The position numbers and the translations under genes are program-made. Positions 25,531 to 38,800 of a stretch of 64,000 nucleotides of DNA are shown in pieces (within the stretch, counting starts at the first letter, position 1; each line of letters opens with the position of its first letter). This stretch comes from Amoebophrya sp. A120 (Eukaryota; Protista; Dinoflagellata), in the NCBI GenBank assembly GCA_905178155.1, contig CAJINV010000002.1, positions 1,733,216 to 1,797,215 on the forward strand, written 5' to 3'. The notes under the pieces were generated by a model. The model ran no database searches. It worked only from the letters and a program-made list of their open reading frames with translations, and was not told where the DNA came from.

Positions 25531-25915
25531 TCCTTCGCCGTTGAAGAAAAATGTTCCAAGTTGCGATCCCGACGCATGCGCCGCGGAGTCGGTTGACTCG
25601 GGCCCAGGTCCTCAAACTCGGATTGGAGGTCAGTCATAGAGAAGAGGCCGAACACACATTGCAGTTTTATTTACCAAGGAAAGCTAAAAAAGCACTCTGG
25701 AGGCACTACACTTACGTGTTGCCTTTTCTTTCTTGTTGTTTTATTTCAGCACGCCGTGATAGTGTGGTGAACTTCAATGTGAATGCTTCCGTCGCAGAGG
25801 AACAAGAGATCCCTAGTTACATCCAAAGCACAGCACCTCAATGGCCCGCGCCGCTGCTTCTACAAGATGCACCACAAATCAAAACTATCCTTCATCCCTG
25901 TCACCTTCACGACCC

Positions 25916-26803
25916 TCATCTCAACTTCCCGCCGAACATCATTTGCATCCGCTTGGAATCTTCCTTCTCAATTCGTTTTCTCAACACCTTGCATTCGTTC
26001 ATCTCCTTTCGGCAGTCAATACCCCCTTTGCTCCCCGCCATTTCGAACATTTCCACCGCTTTTTCCACGTTTTTCTCCTTCAAAAAACCCTGGCCGAGCT
26101 TGAAGTACGGCTTTCCGGCGTACTGCGCCCCGCTCGGATAGGGCAAGTTGGGGAATTTCTCGACCAAATTTACCGCTTTCTTCCCCTCCTCGATACAACG
26201 GGAAAGGAGCCTGGATTTTTCTTCCTCCTGTTTCTGCAAATCAGGGTTGGTGGTTGGTGTTTGATTATTTGTCGTACTGGAACTACTTCCCGCACTACCA
26301 GTTGTAGCTACCGCGCTAGCACCAGCTGCGTCGTCGTCCACGTCCATCGCATTGCTACTCTGATTGTTCCCGCCTGGCGATGGTAAGTCACCAGTCATCT
26401 CCATCGGATGATCATCCACCTCCATCGGCTGGGCCTGCTGCTCACAAATCTCCTCGTACAGTAACAGCAAGCAGGTCATCATGTTGACTCTCGTTGTGAT
26501 TTTCAATAATCTGATCTCCTCCAGGCTCGTCTTCTCCAGCTTTTCCTCCTTGCTCTGCGACTGCTCCGCCATCATCTTCGCGATCCCCATGCCGCTGTCC
26601 TCCTCCCCAAACGTCGTCGCTTTCGGCCCCTTCGGGCCCTGATTTCCTTCGTCCGGGTCGTGGATCCCGTTGACGTGGAGGAGAACGAAGTGGTAGCGGC
26701 CCAGGGCTTTGCGGTACTGCTTGTTCTTGAAAAAGTCGTTCCCCGCGTCCTTGTAGGTCTTCGCCTGGGCGACCTGCTGAAGAGTCTCTTGCTGGGTCGG
26801 CAT
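25916..26803 (-). CDS. TPR protein, TTC9/FKBP-type TPR, single exon, 295 aa
   Basis: AKTYKDAGNDFFKNKQYRKALGRYH and KPYFKLGQGFLKEKNVEKAVEMF TPR helices. C-terminal EKEDSKRMQMMFG. Confidence 0.85.
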   Translation of the reverse strand: MPTQQETLQQVAQAKTYKDAGNDFFKNKQYRKALGRYHFVLLHVNGIHDPDEGNQGPKGPKATTFGEEDSGMGIAKMMAEQSQSKEEKLEKTSLEEIRLLKITTRVNMMTCLLLLYEEICEQQAQPMEVDDHPMEMTGDLPSPGGNNQSSNAMDVDDDAAGASAVATTGSAGSSSSTTNNQTPTTNPDLQKQEEEKSRLLSRCIEEGKKAVNLVEKFPNLPYPSGAQYAGKPYFKLGQGFLKEKNVEKAVEMFEMAGSKGGIDCRKEMNECKVLRKRIEKEDSKRMQMMFGGKLR

Positions 26804-27107
26804 GGTGCTTTGTTTGAGAATTTGTGATTTTTACAAGTGGAAAATGATAATGAATCCAATGGATTACGTTTTAGGAGGAGGTCGGCGGAAAAGCTAGGGT
26901 TTCTGTCTGTGCGTCTAAGCAGAAGGTCGCTGTGTAGCTGTCAGCTTCGATTTCTTCTACTTACCGTGGAAAACTAAATATGTTCTTACAGCAAGAGGCC
27001 AAAAGTACAAGGAAGACGGACGGGATCTCTACTTAGCGTTAGCTGCAGCATAAGAAGGTCGCCTCATCGCTGATAGTGTTCATCTGACACGCAGCACAGG
27101 TGACGAA

Positions 27108-27174
27108 AGTGCGGTGTGCCTGTGTGTCAGTAGCTAAGCAAGTGAGTGCGGTGTGCCTGTGTGTCAGTAGCTAA
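27108..27174. repeat. 30-bp direct repeat x2
   Basis: agtgcggtgtgcctgtgtgtcagtagctaa at 27108 and 27145. Confidence 0.85.
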
Positions 27175-27359
27175 AATGAAAAGAATAAAATCTCCATGCT
27201 GGTGCTATCCTTTTTTTGCGTCCGGAGCCGGATGATCTTCACAGGAAAGCTCGCGCGCCTTGCAGGATTAAATCAAAATCGCGGGCGAAGCTGCCCAGCC
27301 TATAAGTCACATCACCCCGCACAGGAGAAGCATACACATACATGCGTGCAAAGAACTGC

Positions 27360-28750
27360 TGTTGCGCGCGGGCGCGCGGAGTAGTGAGGGCACGCGTCGG
27401 CGGCGGCGGGACGAGTCAGTGCCGACCGGGCAGGCACAGCCGACGCACACAAGCCCGGCAGCGTGCTGGCGCGCGAGGGCGCGAGCGAGTGGGCGGGGGG
27501 CCCCACCACCCGGCAAACGGAGGAAGGGCAGCCAATGAAAGAATGGCGCCAAGATGGCAACGAACGGGCCCCGGGGACCGCGGCTGCCGGGCCGGGCATA
27601 GCCGAAGGAAACTAACGTACGCCGGGCGGCCTGCGGCGGGCCGCCGGCCCTGCCCCCGAGGCGAGGGCGGCTTTGCAATATACGGGGGGCCCGGCAGGGC
27701 CGCAACCAAGCGAGGCCAGCCGGCAAGCGCGCGCGGCGCCCGCACGCCCCCGAAAAAAGAGGCGGGCCGAGGCCATCACACCGGGCGCCCCGCCGGCCGG
27801 GCCTGGGGGGCAGGCCGGCGCCATTGATTCAAACAAAACGAGGCACGCAGGCGGCCAGTGGCGCGGCGCTGGCGCTCAAACATTGACAGCAGTGGGGCCC
27901 TGCTCAATCTGCCCCCTCCTGTTCGCAACTCCCAGAGCGCCATCCTTCCGGGGCAAGGCCGCGGCCCGACTCGGGGCGCCCCTAAGCCCGTCCCGCCGGC
28001 GGGCCGGCAACGAGCGCCACGGCGCCACCGGGCTGCGCAGAGCCACCCCCCGCCCCCGCCCGGGGCCCCTTGGTTTACTTTGCCCGCGCCGCGCGCCCCC
28101 CGATAGCAGGAAGGTTCGCCGAACCGCGCGGGGGCGCGGGTGGGTGCGTCGTTGCTACAACGAGAAGAAAGAACGAGCGCGCCGCCCCGGGCCGTTTTGT
28201 TATGTCGCCCGGTGTTCTCTGCTTCGCGCTGTTGCACGGAAGTCGCTGCGACGGGGGCGGGCCGGATTGGGCGCGGGGCGGGCCCACTACAAACAGCCCC
28301 GCGGCCGCCGGCGGGATTTTAGATCATGCGCGCGCCGGCCTTGCCGCCATGAATGCCCCCCGCCTCATTTTTTCCGCTTTCCCACGTAGCCGGCCGCGGA
28401 TACGATACTAACGCGCCGGCGGCTTTGCTGCGGTCAATCGTTAGCGGTACGAGCGTAGCAGCCTGCTAGGGGGTACAACATGGGCACAGCATGAAAGTTC
28501 CACCTTCTCTAATGCGCTGGGGTTTTGCGAAGGCACTGCTGCCGTCATAGCGCCCCCAGAAACACCAGCACGCAAACAAGTGCCACACGTGGGCTGCATG
28601 TGCGGCGCCGTCATCACGGCGATGGGGTGGGCCGCGTTCTCCCCCGCGCGCGGGGCTCGCGGATGCTCGTGCTTGTGTGTGCACCCGCTAACCCGAGCGC
28701 CACCAGCCAGCCCATCACGCCACGGCACACATGACGCGCGGCGCGCTGCT
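27360..28750. other. Very GC-rich intergenic island
   Basis: Composition only. Edges approximate. Confidence 0.6.
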
Positions 28751-29308
28751 GTGTGAATCCTGTGGCGCTTCAAAACCGCAATTCCGGTTTCGTTTCGAAG
28801 TGTCATCCTATTAGTAAATACTTTACTTATCTTCACAAGCGGAACACGGAACGTACCTGTACTGCTGCATCAATCGAAACAGCCGGATCCTTTATTGCGC
28901 ATTGCCATAAAGATTTTGGACCAGAGTGGGTTCTTGTTTCGCTGAGTGGGCAGAATTGTTCTGAAAGTCATGCTCATGATACAATGGAGTTAGAAAGGAG
29001 GGGAAAGAAGGGCATTCTTCTGGCCCTTCTTCACGCAAAAGTGGTCGCTTGTTTTTCTGGGGTGTAATTCATCATCGCAGGGTCAACATGGGGGTCCTCC
29101 AACTCAATATAATAGAAGTGAAACTTCGCTTTTGTTCTACACGCAAACGGCAGATTCACGCTTCAGTATGACATGGACGTTTACGTTTGAATCAAGGCGC
29201 CCCCTCCCGAGGCCCAATCCTGTGACATCAAACCGCCTCGAATCCAAAATTTTTAGCAAACGGGCGGGGAAATAGAGAAAAAGATAAAGAGCAAGAACTA
29301 CTTTCTTT

Positions 29309-32300
29309 TTATCCCTTCATATTCGCATGAAACCACCTGCCAATTCCCGGCTCCTTCACTTTCAAAAACCACCTGCAGCTCTTCACTGGCAACGTTTTCA
29401 CGTTATTTTCGTGGTCTGGGACATGATTCGAAGTTGTTCCATTCGTAATAATCCCATTACTTCCGTTTTGCTGGTTCTTTCTCGCCCGTCCTCGAGCATC
29501 ATCCTCCGTGTCCATGTCTGAAAAATCGTCTTCTCCGTCAGGTTTCACCTCCCTTTGCTGCACTGGCGTTAAAAACTTCCGCCATCCGAACGCCTCTACA
29601 TCATCCTCGTAAAACCACTCGTGCGTTACCGTGTTCAAATACCAAACCTTCTCGCCGAGCGAGGTTTTCTTGCTGCATTTTAATTTTCTCCAACTTCTTT
29701 CCGGTAGTAATTGGTTGATGTCCGCGAACCACTCCGCCAGGTACTGCTCTTTGAAATAAATATTGTCGCCGGATACAGAGTAGCAGTTACGCGTGTCTTG
29801 TGCATTGCAAATATGTCTGGGTCTAGAAGAGTGTAACTTGTCATGCTACATCTGGATCGTGAAAAAATTTGTGGTGCATGATTACCAAAATTTCTCCACT
29901 TTTGATCAAGTTTAGAGGCAGTTTCTCATGCAGGAAATGCATGATAGAGATCTCGCAGAATCTGTCATGCTAGGCCGTGCATGCCGGACTGCGTGGGTCA
30001 TGGGAAACCTGCGTGACAAACCCAGCAATCTTCCAGACCCAGACATTTTTGCATTTGATATGTCTTGCGAATCATCGGAATCGAATCTATCCCTCATCGC
30101 CCGGAAATAGCCGTTTTGCTCCCTCTCACGGTTTTCGCTCTCCCAGGTAAGAGTGGCTAAAGCATCCGCAAGACGGTCGCGGACGTCGGCCCAATAGGCT
30201 GTTTTTTGTTGTGATATAATCTGTCTCTGTAGGTGGCAATGCATGACAGGTTTACGTCTCTTTTGGCACGACTAGCAACACAAGTTCTGTTCAAATACGC
30301 GAGCAAATAAATCGCTTCCTTTATACAATACCTTCCGACCCCGGTATGCACTCGTATTCCTCACATTCTTCGTCTTCGCACAGTTTTATGATGAAGTGCA
30401 GCCAGTGTTTATCCAAATTTGTGTACTGGTTGTAGTTATGCATTGCAAATAGGTCAGGGTCATCTGGAGGGATGCACGGTTTGTCATATCTTTCTGGCAT
30501 GACTCTAAGGTCTGTGATGCATACGCACGAACAAAAGCTCCTCTAGCCTGTCATGCAAAAACGCCATTTGCCATGCGAATACGCAAAACATAGCAGCTGA
30601 AAAAGTTGCCATGCGTTGTTACCCATTCAAGTGCGCTCTTCAAAAATCGCAGACGTGCATCACAAGTTCCCAGACCCAGACATATTTGCAGTGGATAGTA
30701 ATCATCCAAAACCACCGCCATGTACTTGTAGAATTCTAAGGAGACGAACCGCAAGCAATTTCGGATTTTCTGCTCGTGGGAAAAATCTTCAATCTGCATA
30801 GCGAGTGGTGGGCAAGTGGTCCTAGAATCCGCGGAGATGTCAATCTGACTTGGGTCTGCGGAAGAGAGATTGCCCAGATTGAACATCTGCTCCCGGAGTT
30901 TGTAATCGGATTCGTCGTCGTGCAGGAAATCTCGGTGTCGAAAGCTACTGTAATCCCCACGGAGCATTTCCTGCAATTCCTCATTGTTCTCCCACTCATC
31001 GTGCTGTTGGTCTTGCATGTAGATGGCGTGGGCGGTGGGCTGTGATAGAATTTGGTTTATTCGTCATGCGTTTTATGCATTTTTTTGCGACCACGACTTT
31101 CTAAAAATCTGTCATGCGCAAGCACAACACAAAAGAGAGAGAAACGTCAAAACCTCTACCATATGCGGCGGTGGCGGCGGTTTGTAGTCGTACCACTCGG
31201 CGTCGCTTTGTGTTCGAACAAGCCCCGACTGGTTTTGGAACTCATACTCAACTTCATCCTTCGACTTCGTTCTTGTCTGGTCTGTCCTCGTGGACGTGGT
31301 TACCGGTAAAGGGATCTGCATGTTGTTGTAATTATTGTCTCTTCTATTCTTGGAATTCTGGCCGTAGTAAGAATCCACTTCCGTGTCCTGATCTAAATTC
31401 CGGCTGTCGTCCAGGTAGTCATCCTCGTCTTCCTCCATCCAGGAATCTTGATGTCCGTTTTGGTTGTTCAAATTGCCACCTTGTTTAGAAGGACCGCCTG
31501 CACCGCTGTTCATGCCGCTGTTCGTTAGCTGCGCAGAAGACGTCTGTGTCAACATCGTTAACTGCGTGTTTTGTAATGATTTATCCGCATTCTCCGCCCA
31601 GGTTTTTCTCTTATCTAAATCAGCATACTCGGTCAATTCCCCGCCAACCATCCGCATGACCACGTACAAAATCCCGTCCCCATCCACTAACGACAGCATC
31701 TCCGGCGCCCTGTCACCCAAGAAAGCGAGAAAATGGATCAGCGACAGATGATCCAATTGACTTGGCTTCTTCTTCGCGTTTTTGCCACAGTGGGTGAGAA
31801 ACGCCGACCACTGCATGGAGGCCTGTTCTCTTACTAGATTATCCACGTATTTGAACAAATCCAATTCCCCGTTCTTTTCCAGCTGGTCCATGATCCAATC
31901 TTCGCACCACTCGGTTGTTTCGTTTGTCACATCCGGCATTTCGGTATTGGTGTTGAGAATCTCCGCGAGTTTTTCGGTTAAAGTGTTGAGGGTTTTCCGT
32001 GACTGGTACTTGAAGGATTGTCGCTGCTTGTTTAATGCTTGTTTTCCGTTCTTTGCGTTTTTGTCTTCTACTGCTTGCTTCTTCTTTTTGACTTTCAAGA
32101 CCGCACCGGAAGCACCAAACGCCTCCATGGTGATGGTGTTGTCTTTGTCAGCAGATGAATTATTGTTGTTGTTTCCTCCACCGGCGATTTTCTCCCCGTT
32201 TTCATCGTAATTCCGGGGGGAATTTAAAACCCGCATGCTGTCGAAATCTGGCGCTTGAGACGTTTCCAACTCCGAAGTAGCCATCATGGAACTGTCCTGC

Positions 32301-33626
32301 TCGTTCTCCTCTTCGTTTTCCTTCGCTAACCGGAGTTTCTCTTCTCTCTCCTTCCGTTTCTGCTCTTCGAGTCTTTTCCGCTCCTCCTGCTCTTTTTTCT
32401 TCTGTTCTTCCTTCTCCAGTTCCGCTAACCGCTTTTTTTCCTTCTCCTCCTCCTGCTGTTTCTTAATCTGTTCCTGCTGCTTCTGCATCGCCTCAAACGC
32501 CTTTTCGTGCTTCCGCATCTCAAACAGTTCGTATGCTTCGCGGAATCTCCTGTATCGTTTCTTCAACCGGTCGATTTGAAACGGTTTCAACGTTTTCGTC
32601 AAAACCGGAACGAGGTGCATTTTGCTCATGTCGTCTTTTGAAGAGGAATCGTCGTCCTCCTCCTCGACCTCGTCCGGATCTGCCATCAACTGGTTGCTCT
32701 CAATTTATGCATGGCAAACACGTGATTTTGGGTCTGGATGAGTGCAGGATTTTGTGATGCAGATTCTTACGAGGACTGGAATGCTGGGTACACCAGCATG
32801 ACAGGTTTATTTGTAAGGGCTTGTTTCGTTTGCAAAAAAAAAGAAAAACCAAAACCATATATCGCATGGGAACAGATGCACTTTCAGCATGGCCAAAAAT
32901 GGGCATTTGTGTGATATGAATCTACAGTATGCATTACAAGTTGCAACACCTTGATGTTCCAGACCCAGATCCATATGTTTGCAAAATGCATAAAATTTTT
33001 TCGGAGACCATGTCGAGCCATTCCACAGCCTTCGCCTCGCTTTCAAAAATTCGGTTCTGTTCCCTCACTTGCCTCGACACTGCATTCATCGCCTCCGTTT
33101 CACTGTCTTCGTCAACATCTTCATATCCGACCATCGCAAACTCCTGAAGGTCGGCAAACATTTCATAGTCCTGGTCTTCCGGCTCCATGCCCGCGACTAG
33201 TTCATCCCTTTCCCGGATCTTTTCCTCTTCCGAGCTATTCACATCCCCGTCTAGTTTCTTCTGCTCTGTTTGCTCTTCCCGGATTTTCTTATTGTCGAAA
33301 AACTGGCAACACCCCTTACACTCCGGACAGATTAAAGCGTTCCGCTTCATCGCTTCGTCTAAGTTCATCAGTTCAAAGTTGTTCAACCGCGTTTTGTGCA
33401 TCCGCGACATGGCCTTGATCTGCTTCTCGATTTCCTTCTTGAACCGCGCGCCGCACTCATTGCTGCAGAGCCAGGTTAAATGCTCGTTTTTACACGTGTA
33501 GGTGTACGGACAGTCGTCCGTCATGCACGCTTTCCCGCATTGCTTACACTCCACCTGCTGACCCCGTCTGGCTTCCAGGAAGATTGCGGCATCTTTGTCC
33601 GCTGTGGAAACCGCGGCGAACGGCAT
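29309..33626 (-). CDS. Uncharacterised protein: Cys-rich N-terminus, coiled coil, C-terminal WW-like motif; 6 exons, ~1,079 aa
   Basis: Three introners and two GT-AG introns removed give a 3,240-nt frame. CKQC..C..C..H..C..C..CPEC at the N-terminus, WRK...VWYLNTVTHEW near the C-terminus. Confidence 0.78.
29799..30060. mobile_element. Family A introner
   Basis: TIRs (left starts tgt), perfect TSD tgtct, frame restored. Confidence 0.9.
30199..30331 (-). other. Canonical GT-AG intron
   Basis: G|GTATTG...AAAACAG|CC, frame restored. Confidence 0.75.
30437..30697. mobile_element. Family A introner (degenerate)
   Basis: TIRs, TSD gtagt/gtaat, frame restored. Confidence 0.88.
31040..31159 (-). other. 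Canonical GT-AG intron
   Basis: ATG|GTAGAG...TCACAG|CCC, frame restored. Confidence 0.75.
32706..32992. mobile_element. Family A introner (degenerate)
   Basis: TIR remnants, TSD caatt/aaatt, join K-I-E-S-N. Confidence 0.82.
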
Positions 33627-34342
33627 TTTGAAGTAAAAGTTCTGATTGGCTTTGACTATCCTAATACAACTACACGATAGATGATTTATTTAGCTTGCCA
33701 TGTTTTCAGAATCAAAGAGCTGCCAATGCCTATTGCCTACAAATCAAAATTTTGTCATGGGTCATATTCATGGGTTATTTGGGTAGGCGTGATGAAACTA
33801 GTGGTAACTTCGAAGACAAGATTAGTGCGCGTGTTGTAGACCATAAATTTGGAATGTTGAAATCGGTTGGAATGAGAACTGATCCGTGTAGTCCTTTTTG
33901 AGGAATACTTGTGGACCTCTTTACTTTCTTACCAGAAAAAGGTGAAACATCTTCTACTCGAGCTGGCGCTGGCCAGCTGAAACGCTATTTTGCTTTCTGT
34001 TTTATTCTCTAAACCTGACTTGAAAGTGGAGGAAAGAAGTGATGACTCAGAAATAATGCGGTGCAAATGCAATCAAAAGAGGACCGCAAAAATAATGGGG
34101 TGCAATCATTGCATCGCGTCGAGAAGCAGCTGCGCGAAGACAGAAGAAGTTTTCGCTTCGGTTGCCGGGGAACACCAACAGCCTTGTTGAAAGTGCAGCT
34201 TTTCTTGTTCACCAGCGCCGCGAGGAGTTGTTACCACCGTGCCATAGTAGTGACGGGCAAAGGAGCAACTACAACTCAGCACGGCGGAGTCGTTTCAATT
34301 CAATTTTTGGAACCTATGCGAAGTAAAAAGAAACTATGATTT

Positions 34343-34880
34343 TATTTTCCCAGTATGACAATGTCCCCAAAGTGATCTGATACAAGAGTAATCGGGTCCA
34401 GATCAAGGTGATCTATCCCCATGTTGATATCGTGTATAGCATCGCACTCTTGAAATTGTCCAGCGCATGTACTAGCCGCGTCTCGATCTAGAGCAGGTGT
34501 AGTTATGACAGTACCAATTTCAAGATCTCCTATGCGTTTTCTATGAGCTAGAGCTTGTCTCCCCTATACTTGGATTGTTATATGCGTATGCTGTAATTTT
34601 CAACTCAAACAATCTAATGAGTTCTAGCAAAGATTTTTGCCAGAACTGATGAATAGTAGTGCATCATTCAAGAAGATATGGCACAACAAGTTGAGCCATT
34701 GGAACTACAAATACCCCGCCTGTGATGTAATTCCACATACAAAGTAACTATGTCGGATAGAACTAGATATTGAAATACTCCCCTATGCATGCTTGTAAGA
34801 CTCTTCCCGCATGTGTTATGTGAAAATTATGTGTCATAACTGATATACTCACCCTATTTGTTCATGCCCCTTCGCCATAG
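34343..34880 (-). pseudogene. Possible decayed LINE AP-endonuclease relic
   Basis: With stops and a frameshift, GGV, YxxP, IGDL, GIDH and SDH appear in EEP-fold order. Weak. Confidence 0.25.
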
Positions 34881-35811
34881 TGAAGTTGCGCGAATACTTC
34901 TAGAAATTGTTGTAAAAAACTGAAATACTAAAGTGTAAAATTGTCAAAAGTAAGGACTGTAAAGAACAGATGGTGCGCTAGGAAAAACACACACCCACGA
35001 GGGCGGAGTTTTCTTTTGTGTATAGATGTGAATCTGTAAAGTTGTAAAGGTTGTATAGCAAAATTAGTGCCCCTAGTACTCCTTGCACGACCGAAAGCTG
35101 CTCTCCTCTGTTTCAGGTCGTTTGGATAGAGATTGATTTGGCAATAGAGATGAATTTCAAAAACTGTAACATACAACTGCAAAGTGCAGTAGATACACTA
35201 GCTCGAGTAGATCATGAGCTAGGCTTGATAAAACGTCGCCAAAATGACGAGTATACCGAATGCTGATATAAACGCGCTGTGATGTAATCTTGTAAAACAA
35301 GTGTAAGCAAATGCAAAATGAAAACCTGTAAAAGTTAAACGAGTAGTGACTGGTGTTCTAGCCGCAGGCTAGATCTAGATTAGTTCGAACCAAAATATAT
35401 CAAGCGCTTTTTGTAGCGTTCCCTAATTTTCGAAAAAGAATCCTTCAGAGTTCTGTTTTTCGCGCATGAAAACTGAATAAATCGTTAGGTGTGTGCTCGA
35501 ATGCTATCGGCAAGAATCTTTTGCTGCAACGACATTGATGACATCAAGTGATTTAGAATATAGAAATTTCATGACACTACATGTGCAGCTGCGCTTTCTC
35601 TATGCTGATGTTCATTTTTTACACGACACTATGACATGGCATTATACACTTACAGTGCAAGAACTTGATTCTCAGGTCTATGACGGTATCGAAACTACCT
35701 GGCGCTATCTGTGATTTTGTCCTCATGCGAAAATTTTCAATATCAGTACCAGTAGAATTATCCTACATAAAAAAGAACAACCAAAACGTTTTTCATCCAA
35801 CAGCATATCTT

Positions 35812-38800
35812 CTATTCCCGGATTCGGTAGAAGCTCGTAGGAATCCACCCCTCCTCGTTGGTATTCAACTTCACCATACTCCAGCCAGCGGACACTTCTT
35901 CCTTTTTCACCAAAATCACATCCCCCGCTTTCACGGATAAAAATTCCCCGGACCCCGCCGGCATGGTGGAAGCGTCGAAAGCCCCAAGCACGTCCGCAAC
36001 GCGGTCGTAATCGTCCGCGCCACTAGATCCGCTACCGGGCAGTTCCGCTCCTTCAGCTTTGGCGAGGTTGTTGTGCGCGGTTTGGTAAAGGGATTTGTCG
36101 TAGTTGGAATTGTTCTCTACTTCGTTGTTGTTCGCGTTAGAAAAATTGTTGCTTGTGCCATTTGTAGTCCCATTATTTGTCACCCCGTTCCATTTTTTCT
36201 TCATGTTCGTCGAAAACGCCATCTGCTGCGAATTGTAATAAGCGGAAGTTTGACTGTTCGGCTCCGCGGCGGTAACGATCGCGTCCGTACTGGAAGCAGG
36301 ATTATTACCACCACCACCAGCACCGCTGTCTTTGCCCTTATTCACTTCCGCAGCAATGTTCGCGTAGTAATCGGCCAAAGCAGATTGCTCCTGCTGGTTC
36401 TGCTGCTGCGCGACCGCATTTATCCCAGAGAAAAAAGCTGGCAGGGCATATTTGCAATGCAAAAACAAATACATTGCAATGTAAAATCAAAATTGAAGTT
36501 TCACTGTAGCCGGGGCGAATCGCGTATTATTGTGTGCTTATCCTGTCGATTTTGAATGAAGAGAAGAAGAGAAGCGAAAGTAGACCCTAACTAGAACGGG
36601 CGCGGCGCGAGGTGTTCTAGGCGGCGCGAGGTGTTCTAGGCGAGAAAAACTTGTCATCGGCGGCCCCGTAGCATGCTGTTTGGGGTATGCAATACGAATT
36701 TTTTTGTGTATTTATTTTTGCATATACAAGTTTGACCTGCCTGCTTTTTTCTGTGTGATAGCATTCGCTTGCTGATTATACTGCATGTCAGCAGCACTAA
36801 CCACCCCGATGGACTCGCTGTTGCCCCAAATGCTATTGTTCTGGTTGTTGTAGTGCTGTTTTCCCGTCGCGTTTTTCGGCTGCCAAGACTGGAAAAAGTA
36901 TTTGCCCTTCTTGTTCCCATAGGCACCGCCCCGGTAAGAATGGTCGTACTGCTGGTTCCACTGGTAGGCAGAGCCCGGGCTCATGTCAATGTTGCCGTAA
37001 GAACCGTTGTTGTTGGCATTCATGTTATTTCCGTTATTGCTGTTCCAACCAGATGAACCGTTATTGTTGCTCCAACCGTTCCAAGATCCCCAACCTCCGG
37101 TGGAAGAACCGTTGTTGTTCTGATTCTGCGAGTTGTTCATCGAATTCTCATTGTTATTCCCAGCAGAAGAACCACCTTGTCCTTGCGAAGCTGCAGCCCC
37201 AGTCGTTGCAGTTGTAGTCCCAGCAGCCCCGGCGCCTCCAGTAGTCCCCTTGCTGTTACTCGACCCCTGCTGGCCAGATTGTTGCTTCTGCTGCTGATTC
37301 TGTTGGTGCTTCTGCCACTGTTGGTGCTGTTCCCACTGGTACGTCAAACTTTCCTCCGGATAAGCCTGCCCCCCGCGGCCCTTCATGCTGTTGTAGGTCG
37401 GGACGGTTCGGAGACCGCCGGGGGAGAAGTAGGAATTTGTCGTGTTCGGCAGCTGGTTAATCCGGTCGGTGAACAGCCAGGAATTGATAGGACCTTTTTC
37501 GGTCGTGTCTTTGGTGGTTTTAGAGGCTGAATTATCCTTCGAAGAGCCCTTTTTCATCGCGGCAGAACCTGTAGTGGTCCCCTCCAGTTCCTTCTCCTTC
37601 TCCTCATCATTCGCCGAACCAGTAGGACTCTGCCCCGCAGCCGCTTGCCCGACCACCGGGAGGTGCCCCGGGGGCGCGTTTTTGTTCAGGGGAGAAGTCA
37701 AGGGCGTGATCAAATCCTGCACCATCTTCTCCAGTGCTTCCGGGGTTTCCAATGGGTTCGTGCTCGCTTTGGACGCGTTGGGACTGGCGTTCGCCGCGGC
37801 GGTTTGTGCGGCGACCAAAGCCGCGTTGGCTTGGTTGCGGAGTAAGTGTTGCCGCTGGTTGTCGTTCATCGTGTTGTTCAAAATCCACTGGGAAAAATCG
37901 ATCGTCGGGGCGGAAGTCGTGTCCGGTTTCATCTTCTCGGGAGAACTAGGCGCGGTTGTCGAATTATCTCCAGCTGTTCCGGCTTGACTGTTCGGCGAGG
38001 GGGTTGTACTGGCGTTCGCAGGAGTTGTATCCTCGTTCACGATCGGAGAAGGGGATGGCGAACCGGCGTTGGTCGACACTTGCTCTTCCTTGTTATTATT
38101 CCCCACTGCTGGTCCCGCTTTCAACGCAGAAGAATTATGCACTGCAAAAGTATCGCACTCGTAGTATTACAATACAAATTAGCTCAGCATGACAAATGGA
38201 ATTTGTCATGCTGATTTAGCTTGAAAAAGAAATTTGTAATGCATAAATGCAATTCGTACGAGTACGATACTTTTGCAGTTCATAAGAATCCTCCTCCAGC
38301 GATTCCCAACCGTTCAACTCGCCGGAGCGTTCTTTCTCCACCGTACCGGAGGGAACTTCGGAATTCTCCTTGGACAGTATGACAGTGCACAACTCCCCCT
38401 CCCCCTAATTTGTAGTGCATTTCTAGCAACAGAAAGCATGTCAGAAATGCAGTCTCTGCATTACAAATCCACGCACGGGGCAAAGTGCAGTTTGGGCTTC
38501 CAGAACTTCTCATGCAAGCACAGCCAAAAGGCTCGGACAGGATTTGGCATTTTTGCATTACAAATAAGGGGGAGGGGGAGTTGCGCACTCTCATAGACAG
38601 GCTCGGGGAAGGCTGGAGATTGTTGTTACCGGAAGTCGTTTTTTCTTTGTCCCCCGAAGCAACAGACGGACCGGAAGCGGAAGAAGCATTTTTCGCAGTA
38701 CCGGAGCTAGACGCTAAAATCACCGGCGGAGGGGGTGGAGGCGATGTTCCCAAACCGGTGAATTCTCCGTTCAAAATCTTCTGCTCTTCCGCGGACAACG

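Noticed and set aside
24363-28411. R/A/G/P-rich ORFs in GC islands (also 58680-60288 and 63515-63991)
   Set aside because: Stop-codon scarcity at extreme GC gives overlapping ORFs in all frames with no motifs.
38280-38595. C-terminal part of ORF 38280-39197 as real protein
   Set aside because: It reads through a family B introner (223 nt with TSD). The true downstream exon is in another frame.
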